Assembly: GCA_038087875.1 (NCBI GenBank)
Contig: JAXLNO010004385.1
Location: forward strand, 62,001-126,000
Direction of reading: 5' to 3'
DNA length: 64,000 nucleotides
DNA from: Malacoraja senta
Lineage: Eukaryota
Shown here: piece by piece, positions 11,896 to 24,086 of the stretch
Layout of the letters: the number at the start of each line of letters is the position of its first letter
Position numbering within the stretch: the stretch's first letter is position 1
Notes under the pieces: generated by a model
Database searches by the model: none
What the model was told of the DNA's origin: nothing
The model's input: the letters and a program-made list of their open reading frames with translations, nothing else
Translations under genes and position numbers: made by a program

Positions 11896-12859
11896 ATTTT
11901 CCCTTCAGCCATGTGCCCAAGCCCACTCTCCCCTCTCCTTTCCTATGTTCCTTTCCAACCATAAACCTATCTCTACCTTTACATTTCACTCCTCTTTCAA
12001 ATCTGCTCTACTTATCTACATGCATTTTTCTTCTTAACTTTTTAGTCATAGAATGATGCAGTGTGGAAACAGGCCCTTCAGCCCAACTTGCCCACACCGA
12101 CCAACATGTCCCATCTAAACTAGTCCCACTCACACGCGTCTGGCCCATATCCATGTAAACCTCTCCTATCCATGTACGTGTCCAAATGTCTCTTAAACAT
12201 TAGGATAGTCCCAGCCTTAACTACCTCCTCTGGCAGCTTGTTCCATATACCCACCACCCTTTGTGTGAAAAAGCTACCTCTCAGATTCCTGTTAATTTCT
12301 GAAATATTGGTCATGAATTTGATGCAAAAATGCTCCAAAATAAGGCTCAGAATGCATCAGAGAGCATCTAAAACCCCTGGACCCTGGCATCGAGGGACTT
12401 CACACTTCACGCTCGTGATGTGCACAGCGCGCACATTATTTCACATTACAATCATGCACAGCGCGCACATTATTTCACATTACAATCTTTTTGTGATCCT
12501 GTCATGCCACCCCCCTTTTTGAAAAGCTTCGTACGGGACTGAGTTAGGAAGGCATGTTGGTGCTTTACAGGTCATCAGCCACTGTGTAGCACTGGGAGAT
12601 GGTACTGATGAGTACAGTTTAGTCCTGGCACAGCAGTGTGTACTGATAGGGACAGATCTATCACTGCATAACAGAGAATGCTGGAGAAACTCAAGAGGTC
12701 AGGCAGCATCTGTGGAGGGAATGGACAGACAACATTTTTAGTTGGGACTATTCTTCACACTGATTGTAGTATGGGGGAAGAAAGCTGGAAAAGAAAGCTG
12801 CCGTCCAAAAACGAAAACTTGAATAAGCCCTTGATATAAGCCTGGCCGATTGTTTCACT

Positions 12860-13350
12860 GAACACCTTCACTCATTCCGCCTGGACCTACCTGATCTCCC
12901 GGTTCCCAAACACTTTACTTCCCCTTCCCATTCCCACACTGACCTTTCAGTCCTGGGCCTCCTCTTTTGTCAGAGTGAGGCCAAATGCAAATTAGAGGAA
13001 CAGCATCTCATATTTCACTTGGGCAGCTTACAACCAGTGGTATGAATATTGAGTTCTCTGACTTCGTAATCCCTGCATTCCCTCTCTCTCCATCCCTCCC
13101 CCACCCAAGTCGTACCAGCTTCAAAGTCCCTTCTCACCTAACAAACAGCTAACAATGGCCTGTTTTCTTTATCATCATTACTTTTGTGCAAATCTTTCAT
13201 TGATTTGATCTATAGCTCTCTACATCACCGTCTATATCTCCCTTCCCTTTCCGCAGTCTGAAGAAGGGTCTCAAACCGAAATGTCACCTTTTCTCCAGAG
13301 ATGCTATCTGACCAGGTGAGTTACTCCAGCTTTTTGTGTCTATCTTCAGT
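12860..13350 (+). mobile_element. Penelope-like element 3' fragment (GIY-YIG tail + terminus)
   Basis: Degenerate DLSVLGLL...EEQHLIFHLG coding followed by CTGAAGAAGGGTCTC...GAAATGTCACC. Confidence 0.7.
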
Positions 13351-13520
13351 GTAAGCTATAGCTTGCAAAAGGGTGGTTAATAAATATTATGTGAATGCTG
13401 CAGTGGGATTAAACAATGTCGACAATTGATGCGTAACTGACAGGAAGCAAAACATTTTGTAAAATATCTCCTTTGTTCTGGAGGTGCATAACAATGTTGT
13501 CACTGCCCCTGTAGCATCTG

Positions 13521-13536
13521 GTGCCCTCTTGTGGTC
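13521..13536 (-). promoter_or_regulatory. Candidate CTCF site
   Basis: The reverse strand GACCACAAGAGGGCAC resembles the CTCF core (GGCCACCAGAGGGCGC-like). It lies in non-repetitive sequence about 3.9 kb upstream of the MHC leader. Confidence 0.4.
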
Positions 13537-14104
13537 AAAGTTACAGTAATCTGGCGGTTGCTGTCCACAGATATTTTATTACAAATTTGGAACAACAAAA
13601 TTGATGCTGAGTCTCATCCCGGAATGTCAATAATTTCCTCCCTCCCCACAGATGCTGCTCGACCGCTGAGTTCCCCTAGGCTCCAGCAGTTTGTTTGTTG
13701 CTCCAGATTATGAGAGGCGTAGACAGTCAGAACCATTTCACCAGTTTGGAAATGCTCAACTTTAGAGGCCAGAGCTAGAAAGTGAAAAGGGGAAGGTTTA
13801 ATGGAGAAGTAGAGGGCATGTTTCTTTATACAGTGGGCGGGCGGGGGGGGGGTGGAACGCACTGTATGGGTGGTGGTAGTGCAGATATGATAGTAGGATT
13901 TAAGAGACTTTCAGATAGGCACATGGAAGTGCGGGGAATAATAATGAATTTTATTTATGGGCGCCTTATACCGAGGTCTCAAGGACACCTTACAGAGATT
14001 TATGGTTAACATATAATCAGAATTAAAAAAATAAGTTATAAAGGCCAATACACAAATCAGGGACAGAATTCCTTCCAAAAACACAAAAAAGAAAATCAGA
14101 CCAT

Positions 14105-14412
14105 TTTGTTTAGTTTTAGAGATACAGCGCTGAAATAGTCCCTTCATCCTACTGAGTCCGCGCCGACCAGCGATCCCCATAAACCAGCACCATCCGACAC
14201 AGGTGAGACAATTTACCATTGTTTTTACCGAAGGACAATAACTTACAAACCTGTATGTCTTTGGAGTGTGGGAGGAAATCAGAGCTCCCGGAGAAATCCC
14301 ATGTGATCACGGGGAGAACGTACAAACACCTTACTGACAGCACCCGTTGTCAGGATCGAACCCGGGTCTCTGGCGCTGTAAGACAGCAGCTCCACCGCTG
14401 CGCCATTGTGCC
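14105..14412 (-). mobile_element. tRNA-derived V-SINE (HE1-like)
   Basis: tRNA-like A/B-box head, V-domain (GGTTT..TCCGGG.GCTC.G.TTTCCTCCCAC..TCCAAAGAC), CR1-like tail ending (TAAAC)n. Confidence 0.8.
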
Positions 14413-15229
14413 ACCCCTAAATATGTTCACTATTCTATTGCAGAATCTCCAATCTCTCCCTCAATGTCAGCAAGGTGAATTTGAAGGAGCTAGTTATCGA
14501 CTGCTGGAAGGAAGATGGTGTTCTAGCCATAAGCTTCTGGGATGCACCGCAGCGGCAGAAGCAAATGACCACGGATCGCCCCACGGAACCCAACACGAAT
14601 CGACCAGGCGGCCGCCGAGAACGAAGATGGACTCGGCCGGTCGCCTGCAGCCATATGTGGCGGCAGGTTTGGTTCGCCGGTGTGAAGAGCAACCCGGTGG
14701 AAGCTGCTGAGCTTGGCCCCGAAACCCGGAGAGTCGTGGAGGAGGGAGCCGCTGCCGCCGACGGACGCAAGGAATGGGCCGCTAAGAGAGGGACTGAGGT
14801 ATTACCTCCAGGAGAGGAGTTGCCTCCCGGGACACAGAGCCAGTTGGGCGAGGAGAGGGACGTCTGTTGGCTGGCCGAGCTGGTCGAGGGTGACGGAGGA
14901 GGCCCCCCTGGCAATAGCCTGGGGTTTAACTGAGCTTACGTGGATCGGGGGCGCTCTAGTAAATCCAACATACGGACCGGACATTGGACTTTTTCTTTTT
15001 CTTTTGTAAATACTGCCAAATTACGGCGACGGGAGCAAGAATTTCACTGTGCAGTGCATAAGTGACAATAAAGAATCATTGAAACATTGAAGTCAGAATC
15101 AATACTGTAGAAGTGCGAGTGCTGAAGTGGGAATGGTGAAGAACTTCAAATTCCTCGGCATGAACAACCTGTTGCATTTTAGTCACTGGGGCAGAACTTT
15201 TAAAAGAATGGACGTTTAACAATCCATCT

Positions 15230-15700
15230 GCAGCAATATAGAAACAGAGAAAGCAGGTGCAGGAGTAGAAAATTATGGCCTTCAAGCCAGCACCGTCATT
15301 CAATATGATCATGGCTGAGCATCCAGAATCAATACCCTGTTCCTGCTTTCTCCCCATATCCCTTGATTCTGTAGCCCTAAGATCTAACTCTCTCTTGAAG
15401 ACATCGAGTGAATTGGCCTCCACTGCCTTCTGTGGCAGAGAATTCCACAGATTCACAACTATCTGGGTGAAAGCGTTTTTCTTCATCTCATTCCTAAATG
15501 GCCTACCCTTTACTCGTAAACTGTGACTCCTGGTTCTGGACTCCCCCCAATATCGGGAACATTTTTCCTGCATCTAACTGTCCAATCCCTTAAGAATTTT
15601 ATATGCGTCTATAAGATCCCATCTCATCCTAAATTCCAGTGAATATAAGCCCAGTCAGTCCATTCTTTCAACATATGTTAGTCCCGCCATACCGGGAAAA
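15230..15700 (-). mobile_element. CR1 3' fragment
   Basis: SRTRSHSLRVKG...VVNLWNSLP coding plus 3'UTR. Confidence 0.8.
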
Positions 15701-17243
15701 GAAATATTTTACTTTTTTATTGAACAATATCCTTGATTTTTTTGCTTTAAAAAAAAACATTCTGTTCCAGTCCCACCACAGAGATTTTTTGCTATATAAT
15801 TCTTTGGCTCCTTTCCGCCTTCAATCAATTGAAAGCCAGAGTGGTAAAGACACTATTCATAGCATTGAGTATAAGAGTCAGGAAGTCATATGCTGCTTTA
15901 TGGAACTTCAAAGATAGACACAAAATGCTGGAGTAACTCAGTGGGACAGGCAGCATCTCTGGATAGAAGGAATGGCTGACATTTCTGGTTGAGTCCCTTC
16001 AGGCTGAAGAGGAAAGGGAGACATGGAGATAAGGAAGTGTAAGGTATGAATGAATGACATCAAATGAGATGTAGTTCAAGGAAAATGTAGAATAGATCAT
16101 TATTAGCCAGGAGTAGGTGTGAACGAAGCATACATAGATAATTTTTAATCAGGGGGACAGTCAGACTGGTCGGAGAATAGAACTTCAGATAGGCCACTTT
16201 TAGAATATTATCGGCATTTCTGGTTGCCCCAATGCAGGATGAATTTGGAAGCATGGAATTTGTGCAGAGGTGGTTTGCCAGAATGATGCACAGATTAGAT
16301 ATTAGCTGGAAGGAGAGGTTGGACAGACTTAGATAGTAATCGCTAGAATGCTGGAGGTTGATAAAAGTATATAAAACTATGAGAGGCATAGATGGGATAG
16401 AGAGTCCGAATCTTTTCCACAGGGTGTAAATATAAAGTAATGGAGAGCATAGTTTTCAGGTGAGTGGGACATGGTGTAAAGGGCCATGTATTAACAGAAG
16501 GCTCAATGAGAGATTTCTGCACTGATGTTGAGACTGAGCTGCACATTTACACCTAGACACAACTTTAAACTGAGCTCATGTCTCTCCTCCCAGCTGAAAA
16601 AAAAGACGCATGGTATTACCTCAAATAAGGGCTGGGAAATTATTACACATGCATTGTCCAATTTTTATTACTTAAGCAATAACAGTAAAGTGGACTAAAG
16701 ACAGACACAAAAATGTTAGATAGAGCTCTAGAGCCTGGTGGAATCAAGGGATACGGGGAGAAGGCAGGCATTGATTGGGGACGATCAGCCATGATCACCA
16801 TGAATGGCAGTGCTGGCTCGAAGGGCCGAAGGGCCTCCTCATGCACCTATTTTCTATGCTTATAAAAAGATGGAGTAACTCAGCAGGTCAGGCAGCACTT
16901 CTGGGAAAAAGGAAAAGGTGACGATTTGTGTTGAGACCCTTCCCGAAATGTCACCTATTCCTTTCCCCCAGAAATGCTGCCTGACCCGCTGAGTTACTCC
17001 AGCTTTTTGCATCTGCCTACAGTAAAACAAGCATCTGCAGTTCCTTCCTACACAGTAAAGTAGACTATCTGGTTTATCTAACACTGCAGTTTGTGGAATT
17101 GACTGCATTCTGAATTGTAAAATCATTATACTTTGAGAAACATCTATTCGGCTGTAAGATGCTATGTGAAATATGATTTTGTAATTGTTGTCCTTAAAAC
17201 ACCAATATAATCCCTACCATAAAACCCAATCCGTAAACTGTAT

Positions 17244-17323
17244 TCACTGGTAATTAGTGACGAGAACAAGTGGTCTCATTCCCATTGGATCTGGTTATCA
17301 GGTTTGTGTATACATGGACCAAT
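17244..17323 (+). promoter_or_regulatory. MHC-type X1-X2-Y promoter module plus downstream CCAAT
   Basis: X1-like CTGGTAATTAG, X2 TGACG (17258-17262), 21-nt spacer, Y-box ATTGG (17284-17288) and CCAAT (17319-17323), about 140 nt upstream of the leader ATG. Confidence 0.6.
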
Positions 17324-17367
17324 AATTACCTTCACACCAGAGTTCTGTTAAAAACGTACAAGAGATT

Positions 17368-17424
17368 ATGTTACTGTTGCTGCATTTACTCTGCTGGTTA
17401 AATAGTGCTGTGGGCGGCTGTTAA
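17368..17424 (+). other. Upstream ORF (MLLLLHLLCWLNSAVGGC*) ending 2 nt before the leader ATG
   Basis: ATG at 17368, TAA at 17422-17424, main ATG at 17427. Confidence 0.6.
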
Positions 17425-17426
17425 AC

Positions 17427-17478
17427 ATGCTTCTTTTTACCTTACTGAACACTTACGGTGTGGCCACTGTCTCCTCTG
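17427..17478 (+). CDS. MHC class I-like exon 1 (signal peptide MLLFTLLNTYGVATVSS)
   Basis: ATG, hydrophobic core, small-residue cleavage site; phase-1 donor G|GTAAGC in frame with the alpha1 exon. Confidence 0.8.
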
Positions 17479-17781
17479 GTAAGCAATACTGCTTCAACCT
17501 GTGAACTTTGAGGAAACAACAAAACTGATTATATTTACTGTTGCACAGTGCCTGTGTTTGCCCTGGGTTCATTGTCTTGGATGTATTAATTGAATGATTG
17601 AATTGAATGTATTAATAATTTTGGGTAACGGTCTTTCCTTAGTTGTAAAGGCTCCTGTGGGAAGTTATATATACTATGGTTACCTTGGCAATCCATTGAA
17701 CAGAAGAACTGAATACATGTAAATAATGAACATAGAACATAGTACAATACAGCACAGGAGCAGGTCCTTCAGTCCTTCAGT

Positions 17782-17809
17782 CTGAAGAAGGGTCTCGACC
17801 CGAAACGTC
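17782..17809 (+). ncRNA. Minimal hammerhead ribozyme core of Penelope terminus type (best-preserved copy)
   Basis: CUGAAGA + A + stem II GGGUC-UC-GACCC + GAAA + CGUC (palindromic ACGU stem III, GUC cleavage triplet). Local stem I is only 2 bp. Confidence 0.6.
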
Positions 17810-19758
17810 ACCCGTTCCTTTTCTCCAGAGATGCTGCCTGACCCGCTGTTACCTCAGCATTTTGTCTACCTTCGGCCCACAATGTCTGTGCCGAACAAAC
17901 TAAACTAATCTCCTCTACCTGTATGTGATCTGTATCCGGCCATTCCCTGCCTATCTATGTACCTATCTAAAAGCCTCTGAAATGTAACTGTTATATCTGC
18001 CACCATCACCACAACCACCACTGGCAGCGCGTTACAGATGTCCACCACCCTCCACATAAAACAACTTGCTCCGCTCATCTCCTTTGAACATTGCTTCTCC
18101 AACCTTAAAGTGATGTTCTCTGGTCTTCAACATTTCCACCCTGGGAAAAAGGTTCTGGCTGTCCACTCTGTCTGTGCCTCTCACCATGTTGTGCACTTTC
18201 ATCAGGTCTCCCTTCAACCTCCAGTATACAAGAGAAAACAATCCATGTTTGTCCAATCTGCCCTTGCACTAATGCCTCAGACAGAATTCAGGTGATGTGC
18301 ACTTTCAATAAAGAAGTGACTTCTGCATTAGTAGGTGTTCCACCTCTCCAAGATTTCCTCAGCTGGTGTTAGACACCCACATGATGGTAAAATTCAGCCT
18401 GCATTAAATGACCAATCAATGTTGTGTTAATGTTGTTGCCATCTTGTTGTTTGTTGCATGCTTCCTGTCCTGCAGACCCTATCCATTACCCCATCACCAC
18501 TTCCCCAGAAGACGATAATGAGATTTAAGAAGCTTGAGGATAGGCACGTGGATATGCAGGGAATTGAGGGATATGAATCATCTACAAGCATGAAGAGTTT
18601 AGTTGAACTTGACATCATGTTCGGCACAGACATTGTGGCTGAACTCCAGCCCATTACACCCTTAATGAACAAAAATCTATCAATCTCAATCTGCAAATTT
18701 TCAAGTGGGCAACATATTCAACAGATTACAGAATCGAGAACCAGAGGACATAGGTTTAAATTGAGGGGGGAAAGATTGAATGGGAATCTGATGAGCAATT
18801 TCTTCCCACACAATGGTACCTTTCTAACTATTCTGACATTCATCAAGGCTTGGAGATTACAAACCTACTCGTCCTGAAAGTTTAATCCCATTGTTATCAA
18901 ATGAAAGTAAATATAATGGTGTTAAAGAAGGAACTGCAGATGCTGGAAAATCGAAGGTACACAAAAATGCTGGAGAAACTCAGCGGGTGCAGCAGCATCT
19001 ATGGAGCGAAGGAAATAGGCAACGTTTCGGGCCGAAACCATATAATGGTGATGGCCATGTTGAAATAATAACATATAAAACAAAAATCCTCGGCTGTGGA
19101 GTGTTTTGGGAAGCCACATGGATTTTATCGTTACTGTATTCCACTCTTAGCCGTCTTATGTTTCTCCTGGTAACACTGAAACAGACACTTCTAACTCTGC
19201 CCTCGGGGCCCCTTCTCACTTCACTTAAACACATGAACTTTGACACTGTCTGGTGTGCTGCATGTAATCTTTATCACAGAACAAATACTGCTTATGCATG
19301 TGGAAACAAGAAACTGCACATGCTGGTTAATACACATAAAATACTGGAGTAATTCAGCAGGTCAGGCAGTATGTCTGGAGAACATGGTTAGGTGATGTTT
19401 CAGTTGACACAAGTGTAGGAAGGAAGTGCAGATGTGTAAGAAGGAACTGCAGAAGCTGATTTAAACCGAAGATAGACAATAAAGCTGGAGTAACTCAGCG
19501 GCACAGGCAGCATCCCTAGAGAGAAGGTATGGGTGACGTTTCGGGTCGAGACCCTTCTTCTGACTGCTGATGCAGATGCTGGTTTACACCGAAGATAGAT
19601 ACAAAAGGCTGGAGTAACTCAGCAAGTCAGGCAGCATCGCTGGAGAAAAGGAATAGGTGGAGTTTCAGGTCAAGACACTGCATCAGACAGAGTCGGGGGT
19701 GCATATATTTCATTGTACTTTGTCATATCTCTCGGTTCTCTGTCCCCTGACTCTCATT

Positions 19759-19786
19759 CTGAAGAAGGGTCTCGACACGAAACGTC
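19759..19786 (+). ncRNA. Second minimal hammerhead core in MHC intron 1
   Basis: CUGAAGAAGGGUCUCGACACGAAACGUC: core intact, one stem II mismatch, very weak local stem I. Confidence 0.45.
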
Positions 19787-20917
19787 ACCTTTTCCTTTTC
19801 TCCGGAGATGCTGCCTGACCCACTGAGTTACTCCAGTATTTTGTGTCGAGTTTCAATTTAGGCCCTGTTTATCTCAGTCTCCACCACCCCCCCCCCCCCC
19901 CCCATCTCTATGAGCTGTGTTGCAGCTGCCTATGAGGACCTGGACTCAATCCTGATCTCTTACAACCTGGCTTTTTTTTCCCCCCTGCAAACGTGTGTTT
20001 GCTATGGTTATTCCAGTTTCCCCGCACGTCCCCAAAATGCCAGGCTGAAAGGTAAATTGGCCAGTGTGAATTGGTCATGCATATGTATTAGAATTGGTGG
20101 AGGGGATGAGGGAGGTGTTAATGGGAGATTGGCAAATATTAAAAGGGTTAGCGTACCACAGGTATAAATAGGTGTTTGATGGTCACCACGAACTTGGTGG
20201 GCTAAAGGGCCTTTTATGTGCTGTACCCAGTGGACATAAGTTTAAGATGAGGGGGGAATGATTTAATAGGAACCTGAGGCATAGCATTGTTACACAAAGG
20301 GTGGTGGGTGTACTGAATGAACTGCCGGAGAAGGTAGTTCAGGCGCGTACTATCACGACATTTAAGAATCATTTAAACGGGTACATGGATAGGATAGGCT
20401 TATAAGGATATGGGCCTCAGTCAGCTGTAGAGCCCACATCAATGGATATTTCTCAGGTGGAGATTAACAGATTCTTGATCAGTATGGGTTTCAAGGGTTA
20501 TGGGGTGCAGGCAGGAGAATGTGGTTGATAGGGAGAGATAGCTCAGCCATGATTGAATGGCCGATGGGCTGAATGGCCTAATTATTCTCCTAGAACTTAT
20601 GTACTGATGAAATACAGGCAGTGTAGATGAGGCATGTTGGTTGGTGTGGCAAGTTGAGCCATAGGCCCTGATTCCCTGCTGTATGACTCTTTGACTTTAC
20701 CTCTCTATGATTCTATAAAGTCTCCTTGACATTGTCCAGTTTCTAAATATAATAAAATATTCTTCAAATTTTGGAATATTGTAACTAGTAGAACCTATCG
20801 ACATGATAGACAATAATAGATCTTTGAAGATGGGAAACAATCCAGTAGGATCATTCAATACCTCGACCATAATTGGTGGAGTAGGTATCAGAGCCCATCA
20901 TGCCAACTCTTGAAGAA

Positions 20918-21225
20918 GGCTCAGTGGTGCAGCGGTAGACTTACTCGATTACAGCACCATAGACCCAGGTTGGATCCTGATTACGGATGCTGTCTGTACG
21001 GAGTTTGTCCATTCTCCCCATTACCGTGTGGGTTTTTCCCGAGATGTTCGGATTCTTCCCACATTCCAAAGACGTATAGGTTTGTAGGTTAATTGGCTTG
21101 GTCTAGAATGTAAATTGTCCCTAGTGTGTGTAGGATAGTGTTATTGTGTGGGGGTTGCTGGTCAGTGTGGACTCGCATGAAGGGCCTGTTTCCATGCTGT
21201 ATCTCTAAGCTAAAAACTAAACTAA
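20918..21225 (+). mobile_element. V-SINE (HE1-like)
   Basis: tRNA-like head GGCTCAGTGGTGCAGCGGTAGA, V-domain, (TAAAC)n tail. Confidence 0.8.
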
Positions 21226-21416
21226 AGGCTCCTGACCCAAATTGTCACCTGATCATTGATGCTGCCTGCCCCACTGAGTTCATCCAGCACTTGCATCTGC
21301 AGGTCCTTGTGACTCCCTTATTCAAAGTTATTGTATTGTTATCAGTTTTAGCATTAATAACTTAGTTATTTTCAGTGAATGATACAATCATACTTATTTT
21401 TGTTTATGCATTGCAG

Positions 21417-21677
21417 ATTTACACCATCTTGCATTTTACTACCTGTTGAACCATGGATTGAATGAGCTGCCTGAGTACAGTATGGTAGCAATGCTGGATG
21501 ACGTTCAGATAGCATATTTTGACAGCACACTAGAGCGGGCTGTTCCCAGACAGCGATGGATGGCCCAGTCTTTCCCGCAGGATCACTGGGATTCAATGGC
21601 CATCACAGTTGCAGGTTTTCATGGGATTGTCAGAGGAAATGCTGAGATAGTCTACCAACAGCAACATGGTATCTCGA
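21417..21677 (+). CDS. MHC class I-like exon 2 (alpha1 domain, 261 nt)
   Basis: Acceptor TTGCAG and donor A|GTAAGT. Translation: DLHHLAFYYLLNHGLNELPEYSMVAMLDDVQIAYFDSTLERAVPRQRWMAQSFPQDHWDSMAITVAGFHGIVRGNAEIVYQQQHGIS, with class I motifs LDDVQI.YFDS, PRQRWM and HW. Confidence 0.93.
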
Positions 21678-23421
21678 GTAAGTGTCGTGAGCGGACCTGG
21701 GGTAGACACTCAGTGATGACACAGATGGATTTTGTTTTAGTTTTATTGTTGACACATGATTCTCTGATACACTTTTTTTGCGTTAGTCAATCACATCAAA
21801 GAAAACTATTCATAAATACAATCAAACCAAACTCATACAATAGGTAGAGCAAAGAGTGCAGAATGTAGTTCTCAGCATTGTAATGTACCAGTGCCAGAGA
21901 CAAAGTCCAGTGTCTACAATGGGGTTGAGGTGAACCCTAGCATAAGGGAGGACTGTTCAGAAACCTGATAACATAGGGGAGGAAACAGTTACTGAGTCTG
22001 GTGGTGCACGCTTTAATGCTTACGTACCTTCTGCAGGAAGAAGGAGTGACCAGAACGGGACAAATCTTTGATTATGTTGTCTGCTTTCCTGAACCAGTTG
22101 AAATACAGATGGATTCACTGGTGGGGAATCATGTTTGTGTGATCGACTGTGCTACATCTCCACCTCTCTGCAATTTCCAGCGGTCTTGGGCAGAACTCTT
22201 TCCAAACTAAGTTGTGATGCAACCTGTCAGTATGCTTTCTATGGCACATTTGTAGAAGTTTGTAAGAGTCATTGGAGATGCCGCATTTCCTTAGTCTCCT
22301 GAGGCAGTAGGGGAACCAGAAACTCTCAACCTTTTTCACTTCAGCACCATTGATGCTGTTTCAGACATTTACTCCATAACATTTTGATAGAGACACGGCC
22401 CATCGTCTATATTTAATGTGTCCTAACTGCTGAACACACAGTCATAACAGTTGGCTGGTGATAGTCTCTTTATGGGTTAAGCATTTGATATTCAACACCA
22501 GTAATAAGTGGATGGATTGGATCATCTGTTTTGTTGGGCTGGAATGAGGGAGAAACCATTAGTTTATTTATAGCCTGATCATCTAGAGATGGGATCTTGA
22601 TTTAAGCTGGTTGATGGTGACTATGAGGTATTCCCTCAGTAATAATATTGTGTTAATCCAGCATCCCCTCAATATTGGCAACAATCCTCAGAGGGTGTAG
22701 CAATCCCACACAGTGCAACAGCCTTGATGTACTTCCCATCTGCATTGCCTTAACCTTCAGACTGACCTGTTGGCTCTGTAGCATTGCCCATCTGACAATG
22801 CACTTCTTCCTCTGTTCTTTATGTACGACAGTGCAGAATCTGAGTTCCACCCTTCTGACACAGCAGAACTCCTTTAGTGTTACATCCGCAACAGTAAAGC
22901 TTCCCCCCTCAACACTTGAGGTTAGTCCATGCCCTCAGTATATAGACCATGGGTCATTGAGTCACACATCATGGAAACCGGCCCTTCTGCTCACTGAATC
23001 CACATTGATCATCCATTGTGCTAAGATGGAGTCACAGCAAACTGCAGATGCTGCCAATCTGAATTTAAAACAAACAGGAGGAACTCAACGAGTCAGGCAG
23101 CATGCTGTGGAAAAATGGACAGAAAACATATGAGACCAGGACCATTTAGAGTGATGGGGTAGAGTGGAGAAAGCTGGAAAAGAAAAGTAGTCTGTGTAGG
23201 ATAGTGTTAATATGCGGGGACCATTGGTCGGTGCGGACTCGGTGGGCCGAAGGGCCTGTTTCCGCGCTGTATCTCTGAGCTAAACCTGCTCCTGTGCTGT
23301 ACAGCTCCATGTTGTGTTCTGTTATGCCTGTTTGTACCATGCTGAGAACTGATTTGTAAATTGCCTCTCCCTTCCATCCACTCTCCCCAACACAAATCCT
23401 CCACCCCTACCTCAGCCCCAG

Positions 23422-23697
23422 CTGTTTGCTTTGTGCAGGGTTTCTGCGGCTGTGAAGTGGACAGTGACAATTCCACTGATGGGTTTGTCAGACTGGGTTA
23501 TGATGGGGAGGATGCCTGTGCTTTTGACAAGGACAGAATGCGCTGGATTGCACTACGTCCAGATTTCCAGATGCTAGCAGATCGGTGGAACGTCAACACC
23601 TTCATGAACAAGTATTTTAAAGATCTCCTGGAGAAGGACTGTGTGAAGTGGCTGCGGATATATCTGGAGTGTGGACAAGAAGCACTACAGAGGAGAG
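23422..23697 (+). CDS. MHC class I-like exon 3 (alpha2 domain, 276 nt)
   Basis: Acceptor CCCAG, donor G|GTACAC, canonical 276-nt size. Translation: TVCFVQGFCGCEVDSDNSTDGFVRLGYDGEDACAFDKDRMRWIALRPDFQMLADRWNVNTFMNKYFKDLLEKDCVKWLRIYLECGQEALQRR (GCE, YDGED, C...WL..YL). Confidence 0.93.
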
Positions 23698-23794
23698 GTA
23701 CACGACGTAGGCACTCTGACTGATGGGCCAGAGGATATCCTCTGGATAGATCAGGTGGGAAATATCATGCACGTCAGGCTGTCACTTGAGTAAT

Positions 23795-24086
23795 TATTTA
23801 GTTTAGTTTAGAGATACAGCGCGGAAACCCACCGAGACCGCACCGAGCAGCCATGCCCGCACACTAACACTATCCTACACACACTAGGGACAATTTGCAT
23901 TTATACCAATCCAATTAACCTACAAATTTGTACGTCTTTCGAGTGTGAGGGGAAACCGAAGATCTCGGATAAAACCCACGCAGGTCACAGGGAGAACGTA
24001 CAAACTCTGTAAAGACAAGCACCCGTAGTTAGTAACAAACCCAGGTCTCTGGCGCTGTAAGGCAGTAGCTCGACCGCTTCGCCACC
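23795..24086 (-). mobile_element. V-SINE (HE1-like)
   Basis: Same tail, V-domain and head as the other copies. Confidence 0.78.

Noticed and set aside
14420-15090. GC-rich ORFs (152-163 aa) as a gene
   Set aside because: Overlapping frames on both strands, no domain, and the segment ends in the LINE-type tail (TTTCACTG...GACAATAAA) seen at other repeats such as 41960-42260. It is treated as a dispersed repeat.
21446-21847. 133-aa single-exon ORF as a standalone protein
   Set aside because: It is the alpha1 exon read through the GTAAGT donor at 21678 into intron sequence.
23361-23723. 120-aa ORF as a standalone protein
   Set aside because: It is the alpha2 exon plus flanking intron; 23422-23697 gives the canonical 276-nt exon.
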